Assembly: GCF_001194135.2 (NCBI RefSeq)
Contig: NC_068989.1
Location: 63,164,546-63,228,545, forward strand
Length of the DNA stretch: 64,000 bases
Origin: Octopus bimaculoides
Lineage: Eukaryota
Direction: 5' to 3'
The notes under the pieces were generated by a model. The model worked only from the letters and a program-made list of their open reading frames with translations, was not told the origin of the DNA and did no database searches. This document shows, in pieces, positions 27,024 through 39,187 of the stretch. The translations under genes were made by a program, and so were the position numbers. How positions within the stretch are numbered: the stretch's first letter is position 1; each line of letters opens with the position of its first letter.

Positions 27024-27242
27024 TGTATATGTGGGGAGCTGCGCGCGCGCGTGTGTGTGCGTGCTTATATAAAAAGTGGCTGGGCAAAGCAATGGAAACA
27101 CTCCTTTTTATAAGACTGCTTTTCCTATTGCAAGTAGAAGTTATATGCATCGTGTATTCTTTGTAAGGCATGACATAGCATTGGGTTTCGCTCTGTTTAT
27201 TGTTTTCTTTTTTTGTTTCTGAAGATATTTGAATAAGTTAAA

Positions 27243-28060
27243 ATGCTTCAGTTAACTGATTTCCAAAGAGAAGAAATTATATCGAGCAGTGCATTCTCTA
27301 AAACTATGTTGGCATTTCAAAACAAAGCTTAAACCAGCTGTAGCAAATGTGATTCTGGACGGAAGAAAGAGATTACAGAGAGACCGTAGATTAGTGGACG
27401 TATAGTGTCTATAGATCATTCAAATACGCAGCAAATTTGATAGCAGGATTATACTACCACCTTGTCAATTCCGAGTTAACCCAAATCGTCCGTATTCAGC
27501 TCTATGAACATGGACAACATAAGAGGGCTACAGTTGCAACATTTCTGCGATCAATGACCAATATCATCTGACGAATCGTTATCTTCTTTTATTTCATCTT
27601 GGGATAAATAAATGTCCGAGGACTTCGATCCTACTGTTAGACCTCTGTCTCAACGCACGAAAGAGTTATGATGATTTGGTTAGTCTAATCATGAAAACCA
27701 CCTGGTCTTTTAGTTGTTCTACATGCAAAATTTAATGCCAAGGACTATGTATATTGGCTGCCGAATCCCCCAGTCTTTGTTCTAAATATCGCTAGAATAA
27801 AAGCGTTCACGAAACAACTGCGACCTCGTCGGAATCTAGATTTGCAGACTGCTTCTTCATTCTGGACAAATAACACATTGCTAAGAGAGTGAGATTGACA
27901 ATGTGCAAGGAGTAGCCACCCTTGAAAGAAGCTCCAAGCACTATCTTCGCTTAATTTTTAACATCGCTACTAACATCAATATTATGTGCGGTGTATTATG
28001 GCTGATCGAAGCCAGAACAGGAAAAACACTCAATGAAAAATTCTATGATGGCATAAAGGC
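27243..28060 (+). mobile_element. Highly decayed Tc1-family transposase relic, not captured by the ORF track
   Basis: MLQLTDFQREEII (paired-like HTH start), CDSGRKKEITE/DRRL, AANLIAGLYYHL...IVRIQLYEHG, PTV...VMMIW...GLLVVLHAKFNAKDYV and HIAKRV resemble Tc1 transposase motifs across frameshifts. Confidence 0.6.
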
Positions 28061-28466
28061 ATTTGTTAGCACAAAATGGAATGTCACATTCATGCAGTTA
28101 ATGTTTAACAGAACAATCAAGTAATTGTTTTACTTGAAATCGAGGCCTTGCACAAGATCTTGCGTATCGTGAATCTCACTCACGAAATCTATTTTGAGTC
28201 ATCATATATGTATGTTAGCATGCACAAATGCACATATATATATATATATAGAAATATATGCATGTATAGAATATCCTACGTTTGATTGAATCGACATCTT
28301 TGTGGAATCGATCCCTGGTACTAATGTTTTTTTTAAAGCCCGGTATTTATTGTAACGCCGTCTCTTACCGAACTGCTATGTTACGGCTACAAGGAAATAA
28401 ACACACCAACACTGGTTGGACATGCGTGCGCGCACACACATACACACCATATATGTGTATGTATGC

Positions 28467-28593
28467 ATATACGACGGGCTACTTTTCGTTTCAATCTAGC
28501 AAATCGATTTACAAGGTTTTGGTCGGCCCAAGGATTTAGTAGAAGATACTTGCCTAACCTGCCACACCATGGGACTAAACTTGAAGTACGCCT
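28467..28593 (-). mobile_element. SINE family B, 5' half
   Basis: ATATACGACGGGCT...GGTCGGCCCAAGG...AGAAGATACTTGCC...GGGACTAAAC. Confidence 0.8.
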
Positions 28594-29445
28594 ACATATA
28601 TTGACATATGTTTATAGCAATACAGTGATTCATGAAGAAATATTAATTCTTTTTGTCTCCATAAAAACATTAAAATGTTTACAAAAACCTTCCTTTCAAT
28701 TATTAGTTGAACTGAGTTAACAAAATAAGTCATTTAAACATTACAGTCAACCAGATGTGTCAGGAAAATTTTCCATTATCTTTATCGTGTTCTTCATTGA
28801 TTTATGCTTTTGTTGACCTTATCAGCAATGAAAGAAACTTAATGTGTCACTTCATTAGGTACGCATTAGAAATCCTTTAAACTTCCAAAAAATAATTCAA
28901 TTTATTTACTTTCAGATAATATGAAGCAGTGTTGCTAATTAATTACTCGATAATTTTATAAACCAACTTCTGTTTGAAAGATCAATATAGAAAAATTCCA
29001 TGATATCATCAAAACTGAAAGTCACTTCTTAAAATGCAACCTGAAAGCATCGCGACAATCATCTCTGATAGTATCATAACAAGCCCCTTTTCTTTCTTTC
29101 TGCGGGTTTAAAAGAAAATGGAACAATTGAACGCCTATGATAGAATAGAAAAGGAATAATACAAATATGTTTTATCACAAGATTAAACAATAGATTATAA
29201 ACAACAAGTGGACTTTTGCACTATGATCAAAAATAATTAATGTTAACATTAATTAATCTAACAGAACTTATGCAGGATATTTTGTTAGATTAATATAACT
29301 GGCTTACTAGTATATTAGTACTTACTACGCATGAGACAATAATATAACTTTTCATTCAATATATTTCTATTCTACGTAATACATTGAACGAATGCTTTAG
29401 TCTCTATTAATTGTTTGTGGATTCATAAAGAAACCAAACATGATA

Positions 29446-29530
<85 letters not shown>

Positions 29531-29559
29531 TGTGTGAGTGTGTGTGTGTGTGTGTGTGT

Positions 29560-30007
29560 AATTAGATAATGAGGGTTTAAATTGATATCAATCAATTAAC
29601 ATCAATGTAAACCAGTGGTCTAGAATATTCCCCAAAAAATCCGAAGATTTAAAAATTATATTACAGTTGATAAGAGGAATGACCACTAAAGTGGATTCCT
29701 ATATACTGAAGATAGACGTCAAAACGCCTTACCACGAAGAGTGTGATCTCAAGAAAAAAATGTCAGTAAACGACAGAATGTAAAAAATGAAGACATTTGA
29801 AAAATACCACAAATATAGTTTGTAGAATGGTACATGAGTTTTCTTTCGGGTGAACGTTTCTGTGTATAGTTCTGTAAAATATGTTTTGAAATACGACAGA
29901 CTACACGGAGGAGCTACAGATTCTTGCATTTTGCATTTTGTAAGTGTTAATAACGAAATCATGATACGTAGGTAATCGTTTTATTTTGTATATTTTCATT
30001 TGTCTTG
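29560..30007 (+). repeat. Dispersed duplicated segment, copy 2 (copy 1 at 2490-2870), with about 100 bp of extra internal sequence
   Basis: Same identical blocks as copy 1; the segments about 29660-29780 and 2610-2645 differ. Confidence 0.9.
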
Positions 30008-30204
30008 CTTAGGTTTTACATTCTAGCGTATGCTGATATTTTTTTTTGAGAAGAAACACCTCGTGTTAAGACGATTCGACGTCTATTTTTAGCATATAGG
30101 AATCCAGTTTAGTGTTCATTCCTCTTATAAATTCCTCTTATTANNNNNNNNNNNNNNNNNNNNNNNNNNNNNNNNNNNNNNNNNNNNNNNNNNNNNNNNN
30201 NNNN

Positions 30205-30238
<34 letters not shown>

Positions 30239-30649
30239 TATAGGCACATGTATTTCATACCGTGAATATACGACATGAGACCAATGGTGGAGTTTTCAAC
30301 ACAGAAATAAAGAATCTTTATTCAACTATCGGTGTTGAGCACTCGTTCTCACTGTTCAATACCTGTGCGTGAGTGCGTGTGTGCGTGTTTAAATGTGTAA
30401 TATATATTGCTTTATGCATGGCCGATGATGTAAATTGAGATCAAGACATCTAGCTGGCTTACATTTCATTATGATGTATGTTCCAATTTTGTTTTATACG
30501 GCACTATTGCGCAACATTCTTTTTACATGTTAAACAAAAAAAAAATGACTACCCGATGAGCCGTTGCGACATCACAAACATAAAATATATCCCTTAAAGG
30601 AATTAAGATTTTAGTGGCTAGATTTGTATTCTTTCATTTGTTTGAATGA

Positions 30650-30795
30650 ATTGACAGCGACCATGCTGGTACACCGTCTCGAAAAGATAGACCCAAGGAC
30701 TAGCCGATAAATTACGGGATAGTAAGAACACCAACATCGTTTGACAAGCGATAATAGAGGGTCAAGCACAGACACAAACATACACGCACACAGAG
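30650..30795 (-). mobile_element. SINE family B, decayed 3' half
   Basis: GACCATGCTGG.ACACCG...GACCCAAGGACT...ACACCAACATCGTTTGACAAGCGAT is the reverse complement of the 62215-62415 core. Confidence 0.7.
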
Positions 30796-31789
30796 GGGTC
30801 AGTCAGGAGAGCTAGGAAGAAGGATATATATATATATATANNNNNNNNNNNNNNNNNNNNNNNNNNNNNNNNNNNNNNNNNNNNNNNNNNNNNNNNNNNN
30901 NNNNNNNNNNNNNNNNNNNNNNNNNNNNNNNNNNNNNNNNNNNNNNNNNNNNNNNNNNNNNNNNNNNNNNNNNNNNNNNNNNNNNNNNNNNNNNNNNNNN
31001 NNNNNNNNNNNNNNNNNNNNNNNNNNNNNNNNNNNNNNNNNNNNNNNNNNNNNNNNNNNNNNNNNNNNNNNNNNNNNNNNNNNNNNNNNNNNNNNNNNNN
31101 NNNNNNNNNNNNNNNNNNNNNNNNNNNNNNNNNNNNNNNNNNNNNNNNNNNNNNNNNNNNNNNNNNNNNNNNNNNNNNNNNNNNNNNNNNNNNNNNNNNN
31201 NNNNNNNNNNNNNNNNNNNNNNNNNNNNNNNNNNNNNNNNNNNNNNNNNNNNNNNNNNNNNNNNNNNNNNNNNNNNNNNNNNNNNNNNNNNNNNNNNNNN
31301 NNNNNNNNNNNNNNNNNNNNNNNNNNNNNNNNNNNNNNNNNNNNNNNNNNNNNNNNNNNNNNNNNNNNNNNNNNNNNNNNNNNNNNNNNNNNNNNNNNNN
31401 NNNNNNNNNNNNNNNNNNNNNNNNNNNNNNNNNNNNNNNNNNNNNNNNNNNNNNNNNNNNNNNNNNNNNNNNNNNNNNNNNNNNNNNNNNNNNNNNNNNN
31501 NNNNNNNNNNNNNNNNNNNNNNNNNNNNNNNNNNNNNNNNNNNNNNNNNNNNNNNNNNNNNNNNNNNNNNNNNNNNNNNNNNNNNNNNNNNNNNNNNNNN
31601 NNNNNNNNNNNNNNNNNNNNNNNNNNNNNNNNNNNNNNNNNNNNNNNNNNNNNNNNNNNNNNNNNNNNNNNNNNNNNNNNNNNNNNNNNNNNNNNNNNNN
31701 NNNNNNNNNNNNNNNNNNNNNNNNNNNNNCATGTCGCTTACTCCTGGATCACTTTCTCTGAACATTTCGGTAGATAATCCATTTCTCAT

Positions 31790-32350
31790 CACTTGTCACA
31801 ATTTGTTTATAAAAGGCACGCTTTCATTCAGTTTATAAAGCGAATCACAGATGGAAATGCGATCCAAAAGGTTCTTCCTACTCAACTCATGTGGTACCCA
31901 AACATTGTAGCGACTTGTGTACCCAAGCTTTACCAGGTGCTCATGAATGACGGATTTTGATAGGCTGAGGCTTTCTGCCAATTCTCAGGTGCTGTAATGT
32001 GGGTTTTCTCAATTAATGACTTGATTTGGTCATCATCTGTAGTGGATGGTCTGCCTGATCGCTCTTTATCAATAAGGCTACAATCTCCAGCTCGGAACCT
32101 TGCGAACCAGTTCCGTACAGTTCTTTCATATAAAGAAACATCACCGGAAACTGTGCATATTTATTTGGTCATTTGTGAGGCATATTTTCCTTCACTGAAA
32201 AAGAAAAGCATCAAGTGCTGAAAATAAACTTTCTTATCTTCAATTTTAAAAGGTTACAGAATTAACACAAGTCATAGCAACATAAACCTTCTTCCATGAA
32301 AAGATAGCTTAAACTGTGCTCTAAATGGAGGTGTACTCAAATCCTATTTT
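31790..32350 (-). mobile_element. mariner (Mos1-like) transposase N-terminal half, truncated
   Basis: AESLSLSKSVIHEHLVKLGYTSRYNVWVPHELSRKNLLDRISICDSL carries the WVPHEL motif; RTVRNWFARFRAGD and RSGRPS HTH motifs lie upstream. Confidence 0.92.
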
Positions 32351-33039
32351 GTGGACTCAACCATGTTCTAAAATAAGTCGAAATGTAAGGTAATATAAAT
32401 CGGCACGAACTTTCCGGACAACTCAAGTCTTGCAGCATTGTGTAGAAATATAAGAATGCGTAACATCTCAATATTTATGGAATATACAAAGTTTAATTTC
32501 TAAAATCGTCTAATCGTTATAACTAGTATCCTGATGTGTATAGATTTGCATTTTTCTGGAATGTTAATAAACATTTTCTGTATCGTATGAGATATCCAAA
32601 TTCAATAGACCTTAGCCAAATTATTTGATGAAATTTTTGCTTCCTTCCACCATTTTAAATTAAATTGGCTAACCGCCTCTTATTCACTGTCTGTTATTTC
32701 GATCAAGTTTACGCGTATAGTTAACTTGTTAAAGATATTATTTATAGAAATACTCATTTCGGTGCTTTTGTTTCTGATTTGATTTTGGCATCACTTATTT
32801 TCGTTATGTTATCCATATTAACCAATATTAGCCTTCAATTGAAAATAGATTAGACTATATCTCCTAATTCTATTTTGAAACGAAATATTAGATGGTTTCA
32901 AATTGTCATTAATTATATAAATGAAAAAGAAAAAAGAACGAAAGTTAGATAAACGGACAAAAAGGGTATTAAGTAAGTAACATGATTATATGGACTCACA
33001 TTGTTATATATGCATGCTCACTCTCACACACACACACAC

Positions 33040-33110
<71 letters not shown>

Positions 33111-33492
33111 NNNNNNNNNNNNNNNNNNNNNNNNNNNNNNNNNNNNNNNNNNNNNNNNNNNNNNNNNNNNNNNNNNNNNNNNNNNNNNNNNNNNNNNNNN
33201 NNNNNNNNNNNNNNNNNNNNNNNNNNNNNNNNNNNNNNNNNNNNNNNNNNNNNNNNNNNNNNNNNNNNNNNNNNNNNNNNNNNNNNNNNNNNNNNNNNNN
33301 NNNNNNNNTATTAAAACCAACTTGGTTTTAATATGTTGCCACATTTGTAATATGTCTTTTTTCTACATTTTTTCGTGCAGCTGAAGATTGCTCTTCAAAT
33401 TGCATTTAAGGTAATGCTCACATTACTTAAATAAATTGAAGTAGCATGAAACGTGCGTACTGCAATCACTTTTGAAATCCGTGTTGCTTATT

Positions 33493-33526
<34 letters not shown>

Positions 33527-34290
33527 AGGTGCGGTGGATAACACTGACATCTCATTTTAACAGATATATTTACCAAAATAACATTAAAAATATCTTGAAA
33601 TACGAAAGAATAACTTTATTCAATAAAATCGCCATTGGCTCAACCACGGCCTCCATACGACTTCGGAATCTCCTGCAAAGCTTTTGGACGGTCTCCTTGT
33701 TTAAACTGGTGAATACTGCCATGATCCTTGCCTTCAGTTCCTCTTTGGTGTTGTAAGGAGTTTGTTGTTCTCTTGCACAACTGCGCCTCACATATAATAA
33801 TGAAGTGGGTTGCTGTTTGGGGAGTTAGGTGGCCAGATGTTTGTGATGATGTGGTCGCAGAAATTGTCTGACAGCAATGACTGTGTTCTCCTGCTTTTGT
33901 GGCATGGTGCAGAGTCCTGTTACCAGACATAGGGGCCTCCAGCAGGCACTCTCTTGACCCAAAGTAAGTAGCAATACCTCTTCCACACACTTGTGTGTTA
34001 CGTCTGAGACCGTGTGAGAGGCATAGCGTCGCATTCACTTGTGATCACTCCAAACACCATAATGTTGACTGAATGTCTGATTTTTATCACTCTCGGTACT
34101 TGTCCTGAAATTACACTGTTCTCAGATTGACACCCAAACACTCTGAAATGTTAGTTTGGACTTTCTGGGGCCAATGCTAAACAGTACACCATGTCATTTC
34201 CAAATATCTGGCAGAATGAATTGCCTCATGGTGCTGTTTTTCTCATAGACGGTGCCCAACTGACCCTACTGTACTCTGTAGTCGACAAAG
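33527..34290 (-). mobile_element. Tc1/mariner relic (maT/DD37D-like), internally deleted
   Basis: VNIMVFGVITSE...QDSAPCHKSRRTQ...NIWPPNSPNSNPLHY...NTKEELKARI...RRFRSRMEAVVE. Confidence 0.85.
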
Positions 34291-34362
34291 TCAGAAACTT
34301 TCAATGCGTATGCGCAAAATTAAAAATATAAAGCGGCCTAAATTTAGCCATCGCACACTGTG

Positions 34363-34395
34363 TATAGATAGATAGATAAATAGATAGATAGATAA

Positions 34396-34440
<45 letters not shown>

Positions 34441-34441
34441 C

Positions 34442-34470
<29 letters not shown>
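34363..34470. repeat. (GATA)n microsatellite followed by (GA)n
   Basis: Direct reading. Confidence 0.95.
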
Positions 34471-34472
<2 letters not shown>

Positions 34473-35873
34473 GCGAGAGAGAGAGAGAGATATACGTACA
34501 TACATACATATATGCATAAATACATACATCCATATATATAGGTAAAATTTGAGGCCTGTTCACTCTTTAATGATAACGTTGGTGACGACTGATTCTGTAT
34601 AGGTTCTAGTATGGTTTTCATGATCATGGTTATGTTAGCTTAGCAGCGCACATTCTTCTGTATGCTCTTACTGGAAACTGGAAAAGCAGACGTTCGGAAA
34701 TAGCCTTTTGAATTTTTTCCGATTTTGTTGGGGTTTTCCCTGCTCTTTATTATTATTTTTCTTTTCTTTTTTGCATGCATTGCAAAACAATGAAAGGAAG
34801 CCATTTTAGAAGAAGAATTTTAAAAATCCGTGTCTTTTCAATGTTGGTATTTCTATTCTCCCTCTCTCTCTCTTTCTCTCTCTCTTTCACATACTCACAC
34901 ACTCACACGCACACTCACACACTCACGCACACACACACACACATACCCGCACACACACGCACACACACACACACTCACACACACACACCACACACTCATG
35001 TCTTTGGATAGAAATCCCCCCTCATTTACAATTTACACATATGTATACATATGGAGGTTTTTTTTTAATCGCGGTTGCACTGACTTTCGCGAGTGCGTGC
35101 ATCAGTCTTCAGGCTAGCGGGGGTGCGTACGTCCACTGATTAATGTGGCTGCGCGCGTCGGGTCCACTCTTCTTAAGTAGTACCAATTTACTCTATGATA
35201 ATGCTCTCCCATATTAAGGTTTAGTCCTAAATGTTTTAAAAATCTAAAGAAATTTTTCCTCTGTCTTTGAAGTTGCACTTTACGATTTCTGTCTAGAAAA
35301 CATAAGGTGTCATCCTTATATAGATACCCTGTATGTATGTATGTATGTATGTACCAAAGCACCACCCGCCCACTCTTTGGCATGAACAGAAAAAAGACAC
35401 AGGCACACACACACACACACACATACAGGTAATTAAAAAGGGTCCAAAATAATATGATAGACTAAATTTCTACAGCTGGGTAACGTAGCAACTATTCAAA
35501 AATGCTGTCAGCTTTATGATCACTTTTTGACCTATCATCAATTGCATCTCAGAATAACAGCCCAAGGTGCCAAAAGTTTACCACACATACACACTTACAC
35601 GCACATAAATACACAAACATGTATGCACTCATATATACAAACACATGTATACAAACACATTGAAAATAACTAAGAATATCCCAAACACCCAAAAAAACAT
35701 CATCTTCCCAAAACTCTCCTAACTCACATATATAGAAAATCTATGAATTTCCTATAAATACAGCATTGATAATTACGCACTCAAAGTCCCAAATCCCTGA
35801 TGCTTCTTAGTATATAAAATCTGTACATCGTTTCAGACACTCACAAACACACAAGCACCTATACAAACAGACC

Positions 35874-35911
<38 letters not shown>

Positions 35912-36233
35912 NNNNNNNNNNNNNNNNNNNNNNNNNNNNNNNNNNNNNNNNNNNNNNNNNNNNNNNNNNNNNNNNNNNNNNNNNNNNNNNNNNNNNNNNN
36001 NNNNNNNNNNNNNNNNNNNNNNNNNNNNNNNNNNNNNNNNNNNNNNNNNNNNNNNNNNNNNNNNNNNNNNNNNNNNNNNNNNNNNNNNNNNNNNNNNNNN
36101 NNNNNNNNNNNNNNNNNNNNNNNNNNNNNNNNNNNNNNNNNNNNNNNNNNNNNNNNNNNNNNNNNNNNNNNNNNNNNNNNNNNNNNNNNNNNNNNNNNNN
36201 NNNNATATCACTATAACATTATATATATCACTA

Positions 36234-36276
<43 letters not shown>

Positions 36277-37610
36277 ATATATTGAAATCATGAACGATAT
36301 TGCAAATATCATATTTAAGTATAAATCAGATATCAATATGATATATTCATACCAAATATATATAATAATAAACTATACTTTAATTGAGATTGTAAGGAAG
36401 AATATATGAATTAAAATAAATAATATCATATTGTGTTATATTTAAAATAGGTACATTAGAAATCGGATTCTAAAAAACCGTTTGAAAATTTTGCATCCTA
36501 TAATACACAATATTATAATAAAAGGTAATTAAATGATAGTATGTATTGTGTTAGAATTGAGTAGGTGTATATATTTGTGTTTATTTGTGTGTGCATACTA
36601 GTGTATGTATGTGTACGCCTCTGAACGTGTGCCTTCATGGAGTTGGTACCTGTGTATCTGTTACTCTGTGTGCGTATTATCAATTTGTGTGAATGTTTAT
36701 GAGCAAATTTGTTAGCCAATTTCAATCAGTTTCTTCATTTGAATAATGCAATATATTTCAATTTTTGAGATTACGGCAATAATATTACAACGTAATATAT
36801 TCAAATTCAAAACAGTGTGCAAATAATATCATGAGCATAACTATATAAACGCATATATATATATATATATATANNNNNNNNNNNNNNNNNNNNNNNNNNN
36901 NNNNNNNNNNNNNNNNNNNNNNNNNNNNNNNNNNNNNNNNNNNNNNNNNNNNNNNNNNNNNNNNNNNNNNNNNNNNNNNNNNNNNNNNNNNNNNNNNNNN
37001 NNNNNNNNNNNNNNNNNNNNNNNNNNNNNNNNNNNNNNNNNNNNNNNNNNNNNNNNNNNNNNNNNNNNNNNNNNNNNNNNNNNNNNNNNNNNNNNNNNNN
37101 NNNNNNNNNNNNNNNNNNNNNNNNNNNNNNNNNNNNNNNNNNNNNNNNNNNNNNNNNNNNNNNNNNNNNNNNNNNNNNNNNNNNNNNNNNNNNNNNNNNN
37201 NNTATATATATATATATGAATATAGTATTCTCCCATCACATTATATATTGCAACGCAGTAGATTTTAAGTGTGGACAAGGGGCATAATTCAATAAACATA
37301 ATGTAAAGTATCTAAAGGAAACTGATGTTATTTTATTGATCATATTTTATCATAAAATAAGGTGTAAATCTTGGCACTACCATTTAGAAATAGTAAAAAA
37401 TATCAACGCCTTCTTATTTCAGCACCTTTTTCCGTGTCTATTTACAAGCTACCTAGATGTCTGTTTCTTTACACAAACATTTACACAGAAAATAATAAAC
37501 GGTTATGCTTATGTAAGTATGTACGTATGTATATTTGCATATACTTAAGTGACTAGTCTGATTAATATGGATATAATTGGTGATATCACTAATATTAAAT
37601 TTAGGCGCGA

Positions 37611-37825
37611 AAGGGGTGCTGAAAAGTTCCTGGATTTAAGTGTATCGCGAAAGGCCACGTTGGAAGCCTGAAATACTGAGTTCTTTCATAGGGTTTAGAA
37701 AACCTGTAGAGCTGCTGCAATAAGTGTGTGAATCTTAGAGAAGAATATGTTGAATCAATTCATAATTAACTGTCCCTCCAGTATTTTCTTTCACCCGAAG
37801 CCAGGAAGTTTTCAACAGGCTCTGT
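37611..37825 (+). mobile_element. mariner-derived MITE with imperfect TIRs
   Basis: Left AGGGGTGCTGAAAAGTTCCTGGATT and right AAGCCAGGAAGTTTTCAACAGGCTC are inverted; internal CNKCVNLREEYVE resembles a transposase C-terminus. Confidence 0.8.
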
Positions 37826-37919
37826 TGTCTAAAGTGTTTAACATTAAGATCGTTAAAATTAGTAGATGTAGAATCACGCACGTACATACATGTATATGTC
37901 TTCCTTAACAAAAGAAGTG

Positions 37920-38307
37920 ACATATGGTTATGTGCAGACCCTTCTGAAGTTCCAAGTGTTACTCATACAAAATTTCCTGCAATAGTTATAGATTTAGGGG
38001 TTGTCAGCAATGAAGGACATGTGGTGGCTCCTTACTTCTTTACACAAGGCTTTCGAGATAATTCTGTCGCCTATATTGAGGTCCAGGGAAAGGAATTTGT
38101 AAAGCCCTGGATCGACAGTGTATGCAATGGAAAGCCATATCTGTTTCATTAAGTCTCTACACTATCACACATGGCTCTAGTAACAGAAGAATGGATAGCT
38201 GGAAATTTTCATGATCACATGACCACTAATATTTGGTCTCCTAATTCGCCAAATCTCAATCCATTGGACTATAATATGTGGAGCGGTGTTGACAGAGAGG
38301 TCAATGA
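37920..38307 (+). mobile_element. Tc1/mariner (maT/DD37D-like) catalytic-domain relic, cut by an N gap
   Basis: KFPAIVIDLGVVSNEGHV...KPWIDSVCNGKPYLF...TNIWSPNSPNLNPLDYNMWSGVDREVN. Confidence 0.88.
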
Positions 38308-38879
38308 NNNNNNNNNNNNNNNNNNNNNNNNNNNNNNNNNNNNNNNNNNNNNNNNNNNNNNNNNNNNNNNNNNNNNNNNNNNNNNNNNNNNNNNNNNNNN
38401 NNNNNNNNNNNNNNNNNNNNNNNNNNNNNNNNNNNNNNNNNNNNNNNNNNNNNNNNNNNNNNNNNNNNNNNNNNNNNNNNNNNNNNNNNNNNNNNNNNNN
38501 NNNNNNNNNNNNNNNNNNNNNNNNNNNNNNNNNNNNNNNNNNNNNNNNNNNNNNNNNNNNNNNNNNNNNNNNNNNNNNNNNNNNNNNNNNNNNNNNNNNN
38601 NNNNNNNNNNNNNNNNNNNNNNNNNNNNNNNNNNNNNNNNNNNNNNNNNNNNNNNNNNNNNNNNNNNNNNNNNNNNNNNNNNNNNNNNNNNNNNNNNNNN
38701 NNNNNNNNNNNNNNNNNNNNNNNNNNNNNNNNNNNNNNNNNNNNNNNNNNNNNNNNNNNNNNNNNNNNNNNNNNNNNNNNNNNNNNNNNNNNNNNNNNNN
38801 NNNNNNNNNNNNNNNNNNNNNNNNNNNNNNNNNNNNNNNNNNNNNNNNNNNNNNNNNNNNNNNNNNNNNNNNNNNNNNN

Positions 38880-39109
38880 AAGCAATGCTAGGGGGACAAA
38901 CACAGACACACACAAACACAGACACAAACATATATATACATATATACGACGGGCTTCTTTCAATTTCCGTCTACCAAATTCACTCACAAAGCTTTGGTCG
39001 GCCCGAAGCTATAGTAGAAGACACTTGCCCAAGGTGCCACGCAGTGGGACTGAACCCGGAACCATGTGGTTGGTAAGCAAGCTACTTACCACACAGCCAC
39101 TCCTACGCC

Positions 39110-39110
<1 letters not shown>
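38880..39110 (-). mobile_element. SINE family B, low divergence
   Basis: Minus strand AGGCGTAGGAGTGGCTGTGTGGTAAGTAGC...GGTTCAGTCCCACTGCGTGGCACCTTGGGCAAGTGTCTTCTAC with pol III A/B boxes. Confidence 0.92.

Positions 39111-39187
<77 letters not shown>

Noticed and set aside
28826-28858. 33-nt exon candidate (TTATCAG|...TAG|GTACGC)
   Set aside because: Weak donor, no counterpart upstream of the 2490-2870 paralogue, and expected by chance in AT-rich DNA.
30812-31792. Long ORFs spanning N runs (also at 24059, 38171, 42448, 45359 and others)
   Set aside because: Open only because N codons contain no stops.
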